The position numbers were made by a program, and so were the translations under genes. Source: Felis catus (lineage: Eukaryota). From it: 64,000 nucleotides of DNA. This document shows, one piece after another, positions 13,315 through 25,262 of the stretch (positions within the stretch are counted from its first letter, which is position 1; every line of letters starts with the position of its first letter). The stretch is from NCBI RefSeq assembly GCF_018350175.1, contig NC_058368.1, forward strand, positions 66,714,001-66,778,000, in the 5' to 3' direction. The notes beneath the pieces are model-generated. The model searched no databases and was not told the DNA's origin. It saw only the letters and a list, made by a program, of their open reading frames with translations.

Positions 13315-13542
13315 TTTTTTTTTTTTTTTCCAACGTTTTTTTATTTTTTTTATTTTTGGGACAGAGAGAGACAGAGCATGAACGGGCGAGGGGCAGAGAG
13401 AGAGGGAGACACAGAATCGGAAACAGGCTCCAGGCTCTGAGCCATCAGCCCAGAGCCCGACGCGGGGCTCGAACTCACAGACCGCGAGATCGTGACCTGG
13501 CTGAAGTCGGACGCTTAACCGACTGCGCCACCCAGGCGCCCC
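13315..13542 (-). mobile_element. Young feline CanSINE
   Basis: CpG-rich near-consensus copy; perfect 15-bp TSD gagtcccattttttc at 13300-13314 and 13543-13557. Confidence 0.98.
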
Positions 13543-13767
13543 GAGTCCCATTTTTTCAACCTTAATTACTATTTGTCAACAAAGTCTACTGATTCTGCTG
13601 GCCCACTTTTCTGTAGTTACATTCCAGACTATTAATATATATAACTACATATACTTTAATTCCATTCTCTTCCAGATTCTAAATATTTGATGCTTCAGAA
13701 GTTACTTTTCCATTACTTCCAATTCCATCACCATTTTCCAAGATGCATATGCAATTCCTTTCCATAA

Positions 13768-13799
13768 ATGTGTGTGTGTGTGTGGGTGTGTGTGTGTGT
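13768..13799. repeat. (TG)n microsatellite
   Basis: Direct reading. Confidence 0.9.
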
Positions 13800-13962
13800 A
13801 CTAGCATAGACTGGAGCCATGGTAGGTGCTTAAGTAAGAGCTGCTGAATTTGAAATGATTCTTTTGTCTTCCCCAATCTTACTAATGATCATATGTCTTC
13901 TGCACCTGATGCTATGTATTTGGAACAATTACATTTGAATAGCTACATTACCTTCATTTCTT

Positions 13963-14167
13963 TGTGTTTTTTTATTGTTTATTTATTTATTTTGAGAGAC
14001 AGAGAAAGAGAAAGAGCATGAGCAGAGGAGGGTCGGAGAAGAGGGAGAGAGAGTCCCAAGCAGGCTCCGCCCTGTCAGCGCAGAGCCAGGCGCAGGGCTC
14101 AAACTCACATACCACGAGATCATGACCAGAGTCAGCGGCTGAAAGGACTGAGACACCCTAGGGCCCC
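13963..14167 (-). mobile_element. CanSINE, diverged
   Basis: Reverse copy with TSD taccttcatttctt at 13949-13962 and 14168-14181. Confidence 0.92.
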
Positions 14168-15704
14168 TACCTTCATTTCTTATAATAAAGCTTACATTGT
14201 TTCTCTTCTAGTACTGCAGACTTCTCTCCAGTTTTTTTTAGAGAATTGTTACATAATATTAACATTAAGATAGAGCATTTAAATGATTATTTTACCCTAT
14301 CTGGTGATTCCAAAGAGCTCTCGAGATGTTTTTGGCTTCTTAAAATAACCTGCCGAGCAGTGTGCTGCTTCCTGTATTCTTCCTTCTGGGGCTCAGATGC
14401 CATTAGACTTGCTTCTCGTTTTCTTTGGTCATTTCATGTATTGGTATCTTCCTTCCTTCCTCTCCCCTCCTCTTTCTTTTCTTTCTCTTCCCTTCCTTTT
14501 TTGGGACACTTTAGATAAAGCTCTCCCTTCTAAGGAAGTGTTTTGCATCTTGTTCTCAGTAACGTGTAGGTAACTTCTAGCTGCTGGGTTGTTGTTGTTT
14601 TTTACTGGTATCCAAATGATCATTGTTCCACTTTCTCCCATGTTCTTTCATGAAATCTGTTTTATTATGTTCCTCACTATGTTATGCCATCTCCATTCTC
14701 TTCTTCCTGTTTTCTTCTCTTACACCCAGGGAACTTGGGCTTATGTTACTCGTTTTGGTTTTTCCTCAGCATTTTTGTTCTGGGCCCTTAGAGCTGGCCC
14801 AGCAGACCTGCCTGGGCTTAGCAGCAAACCTGTGTCTTTTTTATTACAAAGAGCAGACACATCCCCACAGCAAAAACATGTTGGTAGAGGAATTTTTTGT
14901 GTGTGGTTTTCTGTATCAACTTTAATCTTTTGCTGACTCTTCAAACCAAATCGAGCAAACCCACAAAACAACAACAGAAAACTGACAATCTTTTTTAATG
15001 GCAATATTCTCGCTCCCCTCGGTTCTATTTTGATTCTGTATTTCCTTGCTGGAGTCAAAGGTTAATTGTTGTTTTTACTGAAATGGTTAATGTAACAAAA
15101 ATACCTCTCTATTGTGGTCACAGTGTTCCTCATACCCATAGTTCTATTCTTGAGGAGAATGAATTGCATTCTGAATTATCAGGACTGTCTTCCCAAAGTA
15201 CTTACCCTTTTTTCTTAATGCTGTATCCAAAGTAAATGCTTGTATTTTTTCCTGGTAATATGAATCACCCATCAAACTCGTCGTTTCCCGGAATTTGAAT
15301 TGAAAAGGTTCTTGCATAAAGAAAAAGCTCAAGAAGTTTTTGTTCGATGAGTGGGTAAACCTTAATTTATGTCATTCCAGTTGTGATAATAATTAATATC
15401 TTCCTCTCTACCTGTATTGCATCATCTTTACCACAACAGCTAACATTTACCTGCTTTGTGCCAAGGACACAAATCACTTAAGAGGCATTATCAAACCATC
15501 GTAGCTGTGTGTAACTTTGTTTTTCTTTAGAATAACTCAATTTAGATTTCAGGACCCGCTTCTACCAGGATTGTAGATGTTTTCTCTCAGATACTTCAGG
15601 GTTCCCCTTTTTCCTGAGGTCATTTCTAAAAATCAAGGTTGTAATGGACACTGTTCTTAAGCAATATAACTCCCCCAACCTTCTTGTTAATAAAATACGG
15701 ATAT

Positions 15705-16080
15705 ACTGGGCAGCAGACTGTTCATCTTGGTACCCCTTTCTCTGTCTCCTTTGAAAATGGGGTAACTAATTCTGGCCAGTGAACATAAGATGGGGCCAGC
15801 TGGAACTTTCTAAGAAAGTTTTGCTTCCACACGGGCTGATGCTGCCTCTTCCTCTCTCCTCTTTCCTGCTTTGATCTCAGATGTGATGCCCGGAGCTAGG
15901 ACCACAATCTTGTGACCATGCAAAAAAGGCCCCAAGTTGCAAATACATTATCAAACTGTAGAACCCATTTGAGTATTCACCTGTTTTTGGACTTCCTATT
16001 CTGTGAGAAAAATACATGACTCTTTTCAAGGTCCCCGAGGTTGTTTTTTACGCTACTTGCAGCTGAATGTGTCTGTAAGT
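15705..16080 (+). mobile_element. Old MaLR LTR (MLT1J/K-like)
   Basis: ttctggccagtga, gatgtgatgcccggagct...catcttgtgaccatg-like, tggacttcct...tgagaaaaata, acttgcagctgaa. Confidence 0.65.
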
Positions 16081-16334
16081 ATTACAGGAAAGTTATAGTG
16101 CTGTGGATGAGAGGGTTCTGTCAATTTTGGTCTCTAGCATCGCCTCTAGACCTCCATCGTCATTGCACACAGGTCATCACTGAGATCCCTTGTACCTGGC
16201 TAACGGTTATTTTAAACCCTGCCACTTTCCGTTCTAGTTCTTTACCATGATGATATTGGTGGTGGTGGCAAGGGTATCCTCTCTTTTGGTACCACTCTGG
16301 GGTCTGAAGATGTTGGCAAAACTGGCTATAGCTC

Positions 16335-16622
16335 TGTGGTGGACTATTGTAATGTTGGCCCCCACTTAGCCACCCCTGTAGGCATTCTTACATTGCATAG
16401 ACCTTTTTACATGGACTCTAGGCTTGGTCTCCTGACTTGCATCAGCCAATGGCACATCAGGAAGCAGAGTGCCCGCCAACATGGGGCTCCAGTTGAACCA
16501 TGTAGAGCAGAAGAATTGCCTAACTGAGCCCAAGCAACCCACAGAATCATGGGAGATAGTAAAATGCTCGTAAATTTAAGCACTAAGGTTTGGGATAGTT
16601 TGTTACACAGTAATTGATATCA
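16335..16622 (+). mobile_element. Old MaLR LTR (MLT1G/H-like)
   Basis: tgacttgc...gccaatgg, ctgagccca...cccacagaatcatg, ttaagcactaaggtttggga...gtttgttacacag. Confidence 0.7.
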
Positions 16623-17545
16623 GGAAGATTCCCTTCTTCCTAGATACGCCATGATTTAAAGACTTGCAATATTATAATGACTAGCACAGCTATAAAATTG
16701 GGAAAAGAGATAAGTATTTGCTTTTGCATTTTGCTGCAAATCCTAGATATAATTTTTGTGTGTATGGAACACAAGAAGCCTGATACGTTATAAGCCAATC
16801 CCAAACACTACATTTTCTATTTAATTCCATTTAGCATTTATATAGTGCTCATTACTGCAGAATATAGGTGCTTTACAATATTATTATTTAGCATTCATAT
16901 AACACTTTGTGCTTTTAGCGTATGTTATAAATTATTTTAATTTTTATATTTGCAAAGTACTTTACAGTCATTTAAATTTTAAAATTATTTCATGACCCTC
17001 TTTGTGGAAGAGAAAATGTATAACTGATATCGGGCACAGTTTATATCTTCCCTGACAATGTGCCTATGTTGTCTGTATAGAAGGCCGGGTCGACGGCGAT
17101 GAGTAGAAGTGTAGCATCGATACAATTGCAGCAAAGGCCACGCCAGAAAAATCTGCATCGAAAACGCGAGTCCCAGCCAATTGTTCCCTTCCAGCAGTAT
17201 TTCATACAAGTATCCCAGAAGCCATAAGTAGATTCGTACAGCAACTCAAGCTGGAGGCATTGCACCATGGTAGACCAGAGCAAAACTCTGGCAAAGAAGG
17301 TCTTCAACCTTCCTGATTATTAGCTTTCCTCCATAAAATGGATCTCCATTTTATAGGGTGATCGTGATGACTGAGCCAACATGAGTAAAAGTACTTTATG
17401 TAGGCCTGATATGCTGGAAATGCATCAAAGTTAGAGCTATTCCACTAAGATTGTATTCTTAAGACTAAGATCTTCTAACTTAGACCTTGTTACTAAGATC
17501 TAACTGCTTATTAGGAGTATGTGCTAAGTGAGAAGGAATTTCTTT

Positions 17546-17774
17546 CTTTTTTTTTTTTTAATTTTTTTTTCAACTTTTTTTTTATTTTTGGGACAGAGAG
17601 AGACAACGCATGAACGGGGGAGGGGCAGAGAGAGAGGGAGACACAGAATCGGAAACAGGTTCCAGGCTCTGAGCCATCAGCCCAGAGCCTGACGTGGGGC
17701 TCAAACTCATGGACCACGAGATCGTGACCTGGCTGAAGTCGGACGCTTAACCGACTGCGCCACCCAGGCACCCC
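17546..17774 (-). mobile_element. Young feline CanSINE
   Basis: 16-bp TSD gagaaggaatttcttt at 17530-17545 and 17776-17791. Confidence 0.98.
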
Positions 17775-18692
17775 AGAGAAGGAATTTCTTTAGCATCACA
17801 AAGTTGTCTTGCTTTGAAGTATGAAGGGATGCATTAACCCTTTCAGGTTCTGAAGGTGCCATCCAGTAACTCACCACTTTTCTTATACTCTCTGCAAACG
17901 ATCACAAGGAGTGAATCCATTGCAGGATTTATTAATCCTATGATCTTCCTTGTCGGCCGGAGTGTCTGCCTCACTCCTGCTAAAGTGCGCCGTTCTTTAT
18001 CTTTATGAAAGGACACGTGCTGTAGGATTTCTCCACCCAGGGAAGCAGAGGGCATCTGGTACTTCTGGTGACCCAGGACTACCATGCTATTCCCTGGGAT
18101 GCATGGCAGGGTCACCTACACAATACTTCCCTCTTCCTAACAATGCCAGCAGTGGCCTTGGCCATCAAGATTTCCCACCGCCCGGAGAGCATTTGGCTGG
18201 TGCCTTCCAGGTTCAAGGAAGAAAATGGAGCCACTGCTGCCTTGTCTCCCACAAAAAGGAAGTGGAGAAATGTCTGTCAAATGGCTTCTTAGTAGCACAG
18301 TTATAACTTGTACTCAATCTTACATTCTAGAAAGCATTGTTCTTTCTAGAGCCGCAGTTTTCCTATATATTCTTATATTTTGGAATTCTACCATTATTTA
18401 TATACCTGCATTGCAAGATGATCAGGCTGGTTCCTCAACTGCTCACTCAATTGCTTTGACCATAGCATTTGGAGGCTTGGTTTCCTGAGAGAAATGCATA
18501 TTTTCAGCTTTTCAGGTATAGCAAGGCAGAAACCTGGGCTTTCAAAGTGGTTTGTGCTTTTGAATGCCTTCACACATAATCATTAAAACTGAAAGTTAAA
18601 CAGGATGGTAATGTAGAAACTATCATGTTATCTCTTTTTTCTTCTTTGAGGTTCTTAAACAAAGGTGGACCAGTTTCTAAAATTCATATATA

Positions 18693-18904
18693 TTTTGATT
18701 TGTTTTAAGTTTATTTATTTATTTTGAGAGAGACAGCATGAGAAGGGAGGGGCAGAGAGAGAGAGGGAGAGAGAGAATCCCAAGCAGGCTCCATACCATC
18801 AACACAGAGCCCGAGGTGGGGCTCGAACCCACGAACCGTGAGGTCATGACCTGAGTCGAAACCAAGAGTCAGACACTTAACCGACTGAGCCACCCAGGTG
18901 CCCC
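18693..18904 (-). mobile_element. CanSINE
   Basis: Full-length reverse copy. Confidence 0.95.
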
Positions 18905-19074
18905 CATATGTACTTTCAAAATGAAATGTAAAATGTTGGGTCCATTCATGTGTTTCAGAAGAACTGGCTGACTTTTGAAGGAGCATTTTCATGACTCATG
19001 TAGTTCTGTCTCTGTTTTGAAATTTGTTGGCCCTGAAAAGCTGTGAAAACACTTATTTGAATATTTGTTGATTC

Positions 19075-19283
19075 AGGACGCCTGGGTGGCTCAGTCGGTT
19101 GGGCATCCAACTTCAGCTCAGGTCACGATCTCGTAGTTCGTGAGTTCAAGCCCCGTGCCGGGCTCTGTGCTGACAGCTCAGAGCCTGGAGCGTGCTTCGG
19201 ATTCTGTGTCTCCCTCTCTCTCTCTGCCCCTCCCCTGCTTACTCGTGTTCTCTCTCTTGATCTTGCTCAAAAATAAATAAACA
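19075..19283 (+). mobile_element. CanSINE
   Basis: 18-bp TSD ttgaatatttgttgattc at 19057-19074 and 19284-19301. Confidence 0.97.
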
Positions 19284-20229
19284 TTGAATATTTGTTGATT
19301 CTTAGGCAGATAACAGATGAAACTGCCAACTATTCTCAGGTATACTCAGATCACTAGACTTACTCATTCTCAGGCATTTTCAAATCTTTCGACTTAAGGG
19401 TTTGGCCCTAATATCCTTCTCATCTTAGTTCTCCCCTGAAAATGAGAGCTTTGGAGAAAACCATGAAGGGCGAAAGCTGAACTAAAAGGTGAATGCTGAG
19501 CTGTGCTGTAGGCATAAATGTGAAGTGTCAGCGGAAGACAAGAGCCAAGCTCACTGCTCACGTGATGAAGTTTCTGAAGGCTGATTCCTGACCAAGTAGG
19601 GCAGGAGACGTGGGTCACTGGGGGGATGTTCTTGTAAGAAGCCCTATAAATCACAGTAACTGAAACACAACAGCGAGAGGAAGCGTTGGAATTCGTGAAC
19701 CACTAGTAAGAAGTATTTAAGAGGAAAGAAAAGACAATAGGAAAAACGGCTGAAGTGAAAAGGAAATTGATACTTGAATATGATGCATGCAAGAATTAAA
19801 AATAGAAGCCCACAAAAGAGACTTTAAAGAAATGTGAAAAAGCCCTGCAGATGAAATGTTATAAAAAAATATTGCTAGTCAGTTTTAATCAACCATGGCA
19901 AAGCCACATGTTTTATAACTGAAGGAACTGACAAAAGCAAAATGACCAAGTCAGCATTGGAGAAAGGGAATTGGGGAAAAGAGCACTTACCAATTGCAAA
20001 AAAAAAAAAAAAAAATGGAGGGGAGCTGGTATTTAAGGCAGCTGCGACAAATGTGAGGAAATGGCATGAAAATGTTGAGAAAGTAGAATAAATGCTAAAT
20101 CAAAAACAATTATTAATTGAAAATTAATAATTTCCATTATTATTTCCATTATTTCCATTATTATTAATGGAAAACAATAAATCTCCCCTTGGAGTCACGC
20201 TGGCATTAAATAAGAATGAATTATAATGA

Positions 20230-20450
20230 GGGGTGCCTGGGTGGCTCAGTCAGTTAAGCGTCCGACTCAGGTCATGATCTTGTGGTTCTTGAGTTCAAGC
20301 CCAGCATTGGGCTCTGTGCTGACAGCTCAGAGCCTGGAGCTTGCTTTGGATTCTGTGTGTGTGTCTCTCTCTCTGTCCCTCCCCCACTCGCACTGTCTCT
20401 CTCTCTCTCTCAGAAATAAATATAAAAAATAAAAATAAATAAATGTTAAG
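20230..20450 (+). mobile_element. CanSINE
   Basis: ggggtgcctgggtggctcag head, A-rich tail, ttataatga on both flanks. Confidence 0.95.
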
Positions 20451-21446
20451 AGCTAGTTATAATGAAACATTACAGCCAAATGCAACAAGGCGGAGAGAAA
20501 GAACCCCACTGACATAGATGATCTAAAGAATAGTATCTGTGGCAGGTATAGGAACACAGATAAGATTCTTAATACCATTCTTATCAGATCAATCTTCTGC
20601 TAAAAACCTTTAGTGCTCCCCACTGCTTGCCGAATGACCCTACCTTCAGGGTGTCTATACTAAAGCATCCAGTCCTGCCTCCTCTAGGAGCTGCCATTTC
20701 CACTAGCAAGAACCCTCCAAACCTGTAGAACCCTGCTCAGGGCTCTTGCCTTCTGTCTCTTCCTCAAGATCTGCCCCTCCACCTTGAATGAATGTTCTCC
20801 CCCTCATTTCAGCCTTTCTCTGGCATATATCAAATACATCTCAGATCACCTTCTCCCCTATTAATTTGCCTCCACTGCTTCCGCTGTGGTTCAGACCTGT
20901 ATTCTTGCCGTAGCCTCCCCTCTGTCTCCCCCAATGCATCTTGCCCCTCTGCAGGTGCGGCTGTGCCCAACTGGAGTGGAGTCTTTCCAAGAGCAGACCA
21001 GAGCTGCTGTAGGTCTCTCTGATGAGTGTCACCTGCTCAGATATGCTTTCCAAGATGACCCTAGCCGACATTCAACGTACAATGATCAGAACAATCATGT
21101 GTTTGTGGTTTATGGGTTGACTATCTGTCTTCTACACTGCTGTGGAACGTGAGTGCTATCTGAGTGCCTCCATTTCTTGAGGATGTTAAGATGGACATCA
21201 GGAGTGTAGGATTTGAAGGGAGCGTCCTTGGCTGCTCCTCAAGCCCACACTTGGGCCTCATGTCCACCCAATAATTTGGTGGAAGTCTCTCAAAAAGGGC
21301 CCGCAGATGGATGACCCAGATACAAGATCCGCCCTCAGCAAAGAAGCCCTCCATTAGGCTTGGTGCACTCCATTTGCTTAGGTGTGGAGGGAACTAGCAC
21401 CTCCTGGAAACATTCTCAGGGATCAAATAAGGGCTTTCCGGCTGAG

Positions 21447-21638
21447 CTTTATTTTACTTTTTATTTTTTGAAGTGTATTTATTTATTTATTTTGCAAGAG
21501 AGAGGGGGAGAGGATCCCAAGCAGGCTCCGTGCTCAGCGGTGAGCCTGATGCGGGGCTCAGTCTCACAACCACGAGATCACAACATGAGCCAAAATCAAG
21601 AGTCGGATGCTTAATCGACTGAGCTACTCAGGTGTGCC
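21447..21638 (-). mobile_element. Older CanSINE
   Basis: cccaagcaggctcc...gccaaaatcaagagtcggatgcttaatcgactgagc. Confidence 0.9.
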
Positions 21639-21687
21639 TACGGGACCTCTTTTCTTGAGCTTCCATGGAACATTTTTGCTTTCTTTT

Positions 21688-21891
21688 TAAATTTTTTTTT
21701 TCAACGTTTTATTTATTTTGGGACAGAGAGAGACAGAGCATGAACGGGGGAGGGGCAGAGAGAGAGGGAGACACAGAATCAGAAACAGGCTCCAGGCTCT
21801 GAGCCATCAGCCCAGAGCCTGACGCGGGGCTCGAACTCACGGACCGCGAGATCGTGACCTGGCTGAAGTCGGACGCTTAACCGACTGCGCC
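21688..21891 (-). mobile_element. Young feline CanSINE lacking about 13 nt of its 5' end
   Basis: Near-consensus; stops at ccgactgcgcc; flanks gaacatttttgctttctt / gaacattttttctttctt. Confidence 0.96.
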
Positions 21892-22796
21892 AGAACATTT
21901 TTTCTTTCTTAAACATTATATTGCTTTAGAAAATTATATGAAAAAAACAGAAACTCAAATAGGTCTGATAAAAAATCACGGTGTTAAAAAATTAAATGTT
22001 AACAGAAAAGTCCATTCTCTCTAACTCTTCCCAAAGATTTTTAGAAGTCATTCCTACATTAACTTAAGAACTGTAGCCTCCACTCTTCCTTCACTCCCTA
22101 CCTATGGGGCATGTACAGGATGTTGGCTTCAGAACATATTTGACAGACGGTTCCCTTAGCCAGGCTAAGATGCTGTTTTGCCACAATAACAGGGGCACCA
22201 TGGCAACCATTCTAGAAGGTTAAGAGGAGATGATCTTAGAAGCACATTCATCTGACACACAACTCCTGAACTTCATTGGTGCCCATGACTGTTGCCATTG
22301 TTGACTTGCAGCCTTCACCCAGTGTGGGTGTATTTCACTGTTTGTGAGCTCATATCTTTCCTTTTCTTGTCAGATTTTTGCATTGTCAGCAAAGGAGGGG
22401 GTGGGGAAGAAAGACAAGAGGACATCAAGAAGTGGTCCTTGTGTAACATGGGCTCTTTGTAAGCATAATCATTATGCAGACCTTCCAGCATGGTGGCAGG
22501 AGGGGGGGTGGTGTCCAATCTTATAAATGAAATAGATGAACATAGTTGAAGAAACTTAGCAAGGAGGTACCATAGCCTTGTGGTTAGGCAGAGAAGATTT
22601 AGAATCAGAAAAATTTGCATTTGAATCCTGGTTCTTTCTCTAAAGAGCATCTTTTCCTTCATTTCCTAGAGGGAGTGGGGGTGGGGAGGCAGCTTCCTCC
22701 TTCTAGTCAGGGCCCTTATTCCTCCCCAACCCCCAACTCCAAACAAAAAGTCTGAACTATATTTGGTAGGTGTCTCTTTGTATTAAAAAAAAATTA

Positions 22797-22940
22797 GGGG
22801 CGCCTGGGTGGCTCAGTCGGGCTGATGGCTCAGAGCCTGGAGCCTGCTTCCGATTCTGTGTCTCCCTCTCTCTCTGCTCCTCCCCCGTTCATGCTCTGTC
22901 TCTCTCTGTCTCAAAAATAAATAAACGTTAAAAAAAATTA
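22797..22940 (+). mobile_element. CanSINE with internal deletion of the B-box region
   Basis: gctcagtcgg is joined directly to gctgatggctcagagcc; TSD ttaaaaaaaaattag. Confidence 0.93.
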
Positions 22941-22959
22941 AAAAAAAATTAGCAGGGGT

Positions 22960-23450
22960 ATGACACGATCAAAATAAGATTTGATGGCGATTAATTTGAT
23001 CCAGCTGACAGAATGGAGAGAAGAGACAAGCAGAGAGAGGACTCAGGCCACTGCGATGGTTTATACAAGTGCCCCCATGAATGTGAACGTGAATGTTGGG
23101 AATGGTCCAAGGGAATAGAAAGGAGGGAATGGAAAGAAAAATCAAAGGGGTTTGAGCACTGCTTTAAAGCTAGGGGTAAATGGGGAGTAAACCATCAATA
23201 GAGACCTAAATTTAAGGAGGTAAGATGTGAAGAATTAGTTTGGCAGTGGGAAAGGACAGACGATGATGAGTTTGATTTCAAACAAGCTGGGCTTCAGATG
23301 CAATATTCAGATGAAGAAAGAAAGAAGGGTGGTGAGTCAGGAAACAGAACTTGAATTTGTGAGTGGAAGAACTGAGATGTTAGACCAGAACTGGACAGAG
23401 GAGCAAGGATGCTTCCAAGATGGTCTGGCAAAGGGTTTTTTGGGGGGATC
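22960..23450 (-). mobile_element. Decayed L2
   Basis: Purine-rich stretch with gatgagtttgatttcaaaca..., typical of reversed L2 body. Confidence 0.45.
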
Positions 23451-23839
23451 TATAGGACAACAGGAAATACAGATCATTTAAGGGGATTAAAACAATAGGC
23501 AAATAATTTAGATATGACACCAAGTTTGGCCAAAAGCATTATTCTATTCTTGTTTTTGTTTGAGTCCAGACATGATTGTGGAGTGACAGTCTTGTCTTTG
23601 TCTTGATCTATCATGATCACTAGGTGGCTTTGAATGACAAGTCTCCTGTGAAATTGTTTACGTCCAATGGGAGAACACCCCAGCCTCGTTGTGAGTGCCA
23701 GAGCAGCTCGTAGCAATGCTGGGGCCTGACTGATAGTTCCAGGCTTGCTCTCATTGGCAGGGGCTGCTTTTCCTCTCTTAATATGAGCTCTCCCCAGATG
23801 CCCCTAGTTCACTGTTACTCAGTAATTCACGATATGTGT

Positions 23840-24240
23840 TTGTTTATTTATTCAACTAACATTTGTGAGGACCTCCTATGTGCTAGGAATATAATGGTGG
23901 TCAAAGCAGACACAGACTCTTTTTGGAAATTAGAGCCACAGTAGGTAGAAGAGAGATGGGAACACATTAATTAAAGGAAAAACCATATTTAATTGCAAGC
24001 TGTGATAGCTATTGTGAAGGAAAAGTGCAGAGTTTTCAGAAGGTATAACCACAGAGCTAACCAAGCCTATAGAGTCAGAAAATTATGTTTGAGCAGAAAT
24101 CTAAAGCATAAGTGGGAATTAGCTGGGTGAGGAACTAGTTGGGGATGGATGGTAGGAAGGGTCCTCTGGGTAGACTTAATATCATCTGCAAAGGCCCTGA
24201 GGTAGAGAGATTTTGGAGAAACCACAAGAAGGTCCACCTT
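23840..24240 (-). mobile_element. L2 3' portion
   Basis: ttattcaactaacatttgtgaggacctcctatgtgctagg...tgcaaaggccctgaggtagaga. Confidence 0.75.
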
Positions 24241-25052
24241 AAAGCTACTTCCAAGTCTTCTCTTGGACCAAACAGTATTTATTACAATACTCAGCATTCT
24301 AAATAATGAGTTTGAAAACTCAGTGGGCTGTTTGGGAGCCAGTTGGCTTTAGGTGAAGAAAGCTGCCATCAGTGTTTGAATTAATGCTATAATGGTGTAT
24401 AAGAAACAGCAGTCTTATTATCTGGGAATTCATCAAAATCTGTGTTCCCTATTTGAACCTTAGAAACTTGGTGTTTTTACACTGAACACTTGGCGCATTC
24501 CATCTTCTTGCCCCTCATTTCTTAATTACTGTCTTGTATTCTGTGTCTCTCATTAAATCCCTAGCCCCTCTGAGGATGAGATTCTGTCCTGTTCATTTCA
24601 CAAGTCTCCTAGCCCCTTGGCACTTAGTGAATTTCATCGGTGTAACGAACATTTCTTGAGCGATGTGCCCAACAGTGCTCCACATTTGGATACAAAACCT
24701 TAAGTGATGGATCTCCAGCCTCAGGGAGTTTAGAGTTGTTGAAAGAATCTGAGCCACCATCCTGAAAAATAAAACACTTTCGGGCCCTTTATCAAATTAC
24801 TCAACCTAAATTCCTACAATTGCTTCTTCCATGATAAAATAGTCTTATACTTCAGAGTCTAAGAAAGCACTTTTAATAACATTTTCATATTTTAAAATAA
24901 AGTTTGAAGATTACAAGATGGTATTAGTGTTGTTAAAATCAAATGACTTAATTGTGATCCCATTTATAATTGATGCCTTCACCTTGGGGTATTTGAAAAT
25001 GAGGTGCAATTCCTTTTATCTTTCCAATGGTGGGCCCTTGTAATGCTTGTAT

Positions 25053-25262
25053 GAGCACAAGACTAGGAATTAGGAGCTCTTCATTCTGCCCCTGACTCAC
25101 CAGGTTACCCAACTTAACCCCACCGTTTCCTCATCTGTAAAATGGGGGTAATAATCCTTACCTCTCTCACTGGGGTGTCATGAGTATTAATTAGTGTTTG
25201 TCAAGTGCTTTGAGATTTTCAGATGAAAGGCCCCGTAGGAGCCCAGTCTAGAGTATTATTAT
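25053..25262 (+). mobile_element. Amniote-age CORE-SINE (MIR1_Amn-like)
   Basis: MIR core gtttcctcatctgtaaaatggg followed by tail gtttgtcaagtgctttgagattttcagatgaaagg...agtattatta. Confidence 0.75.
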
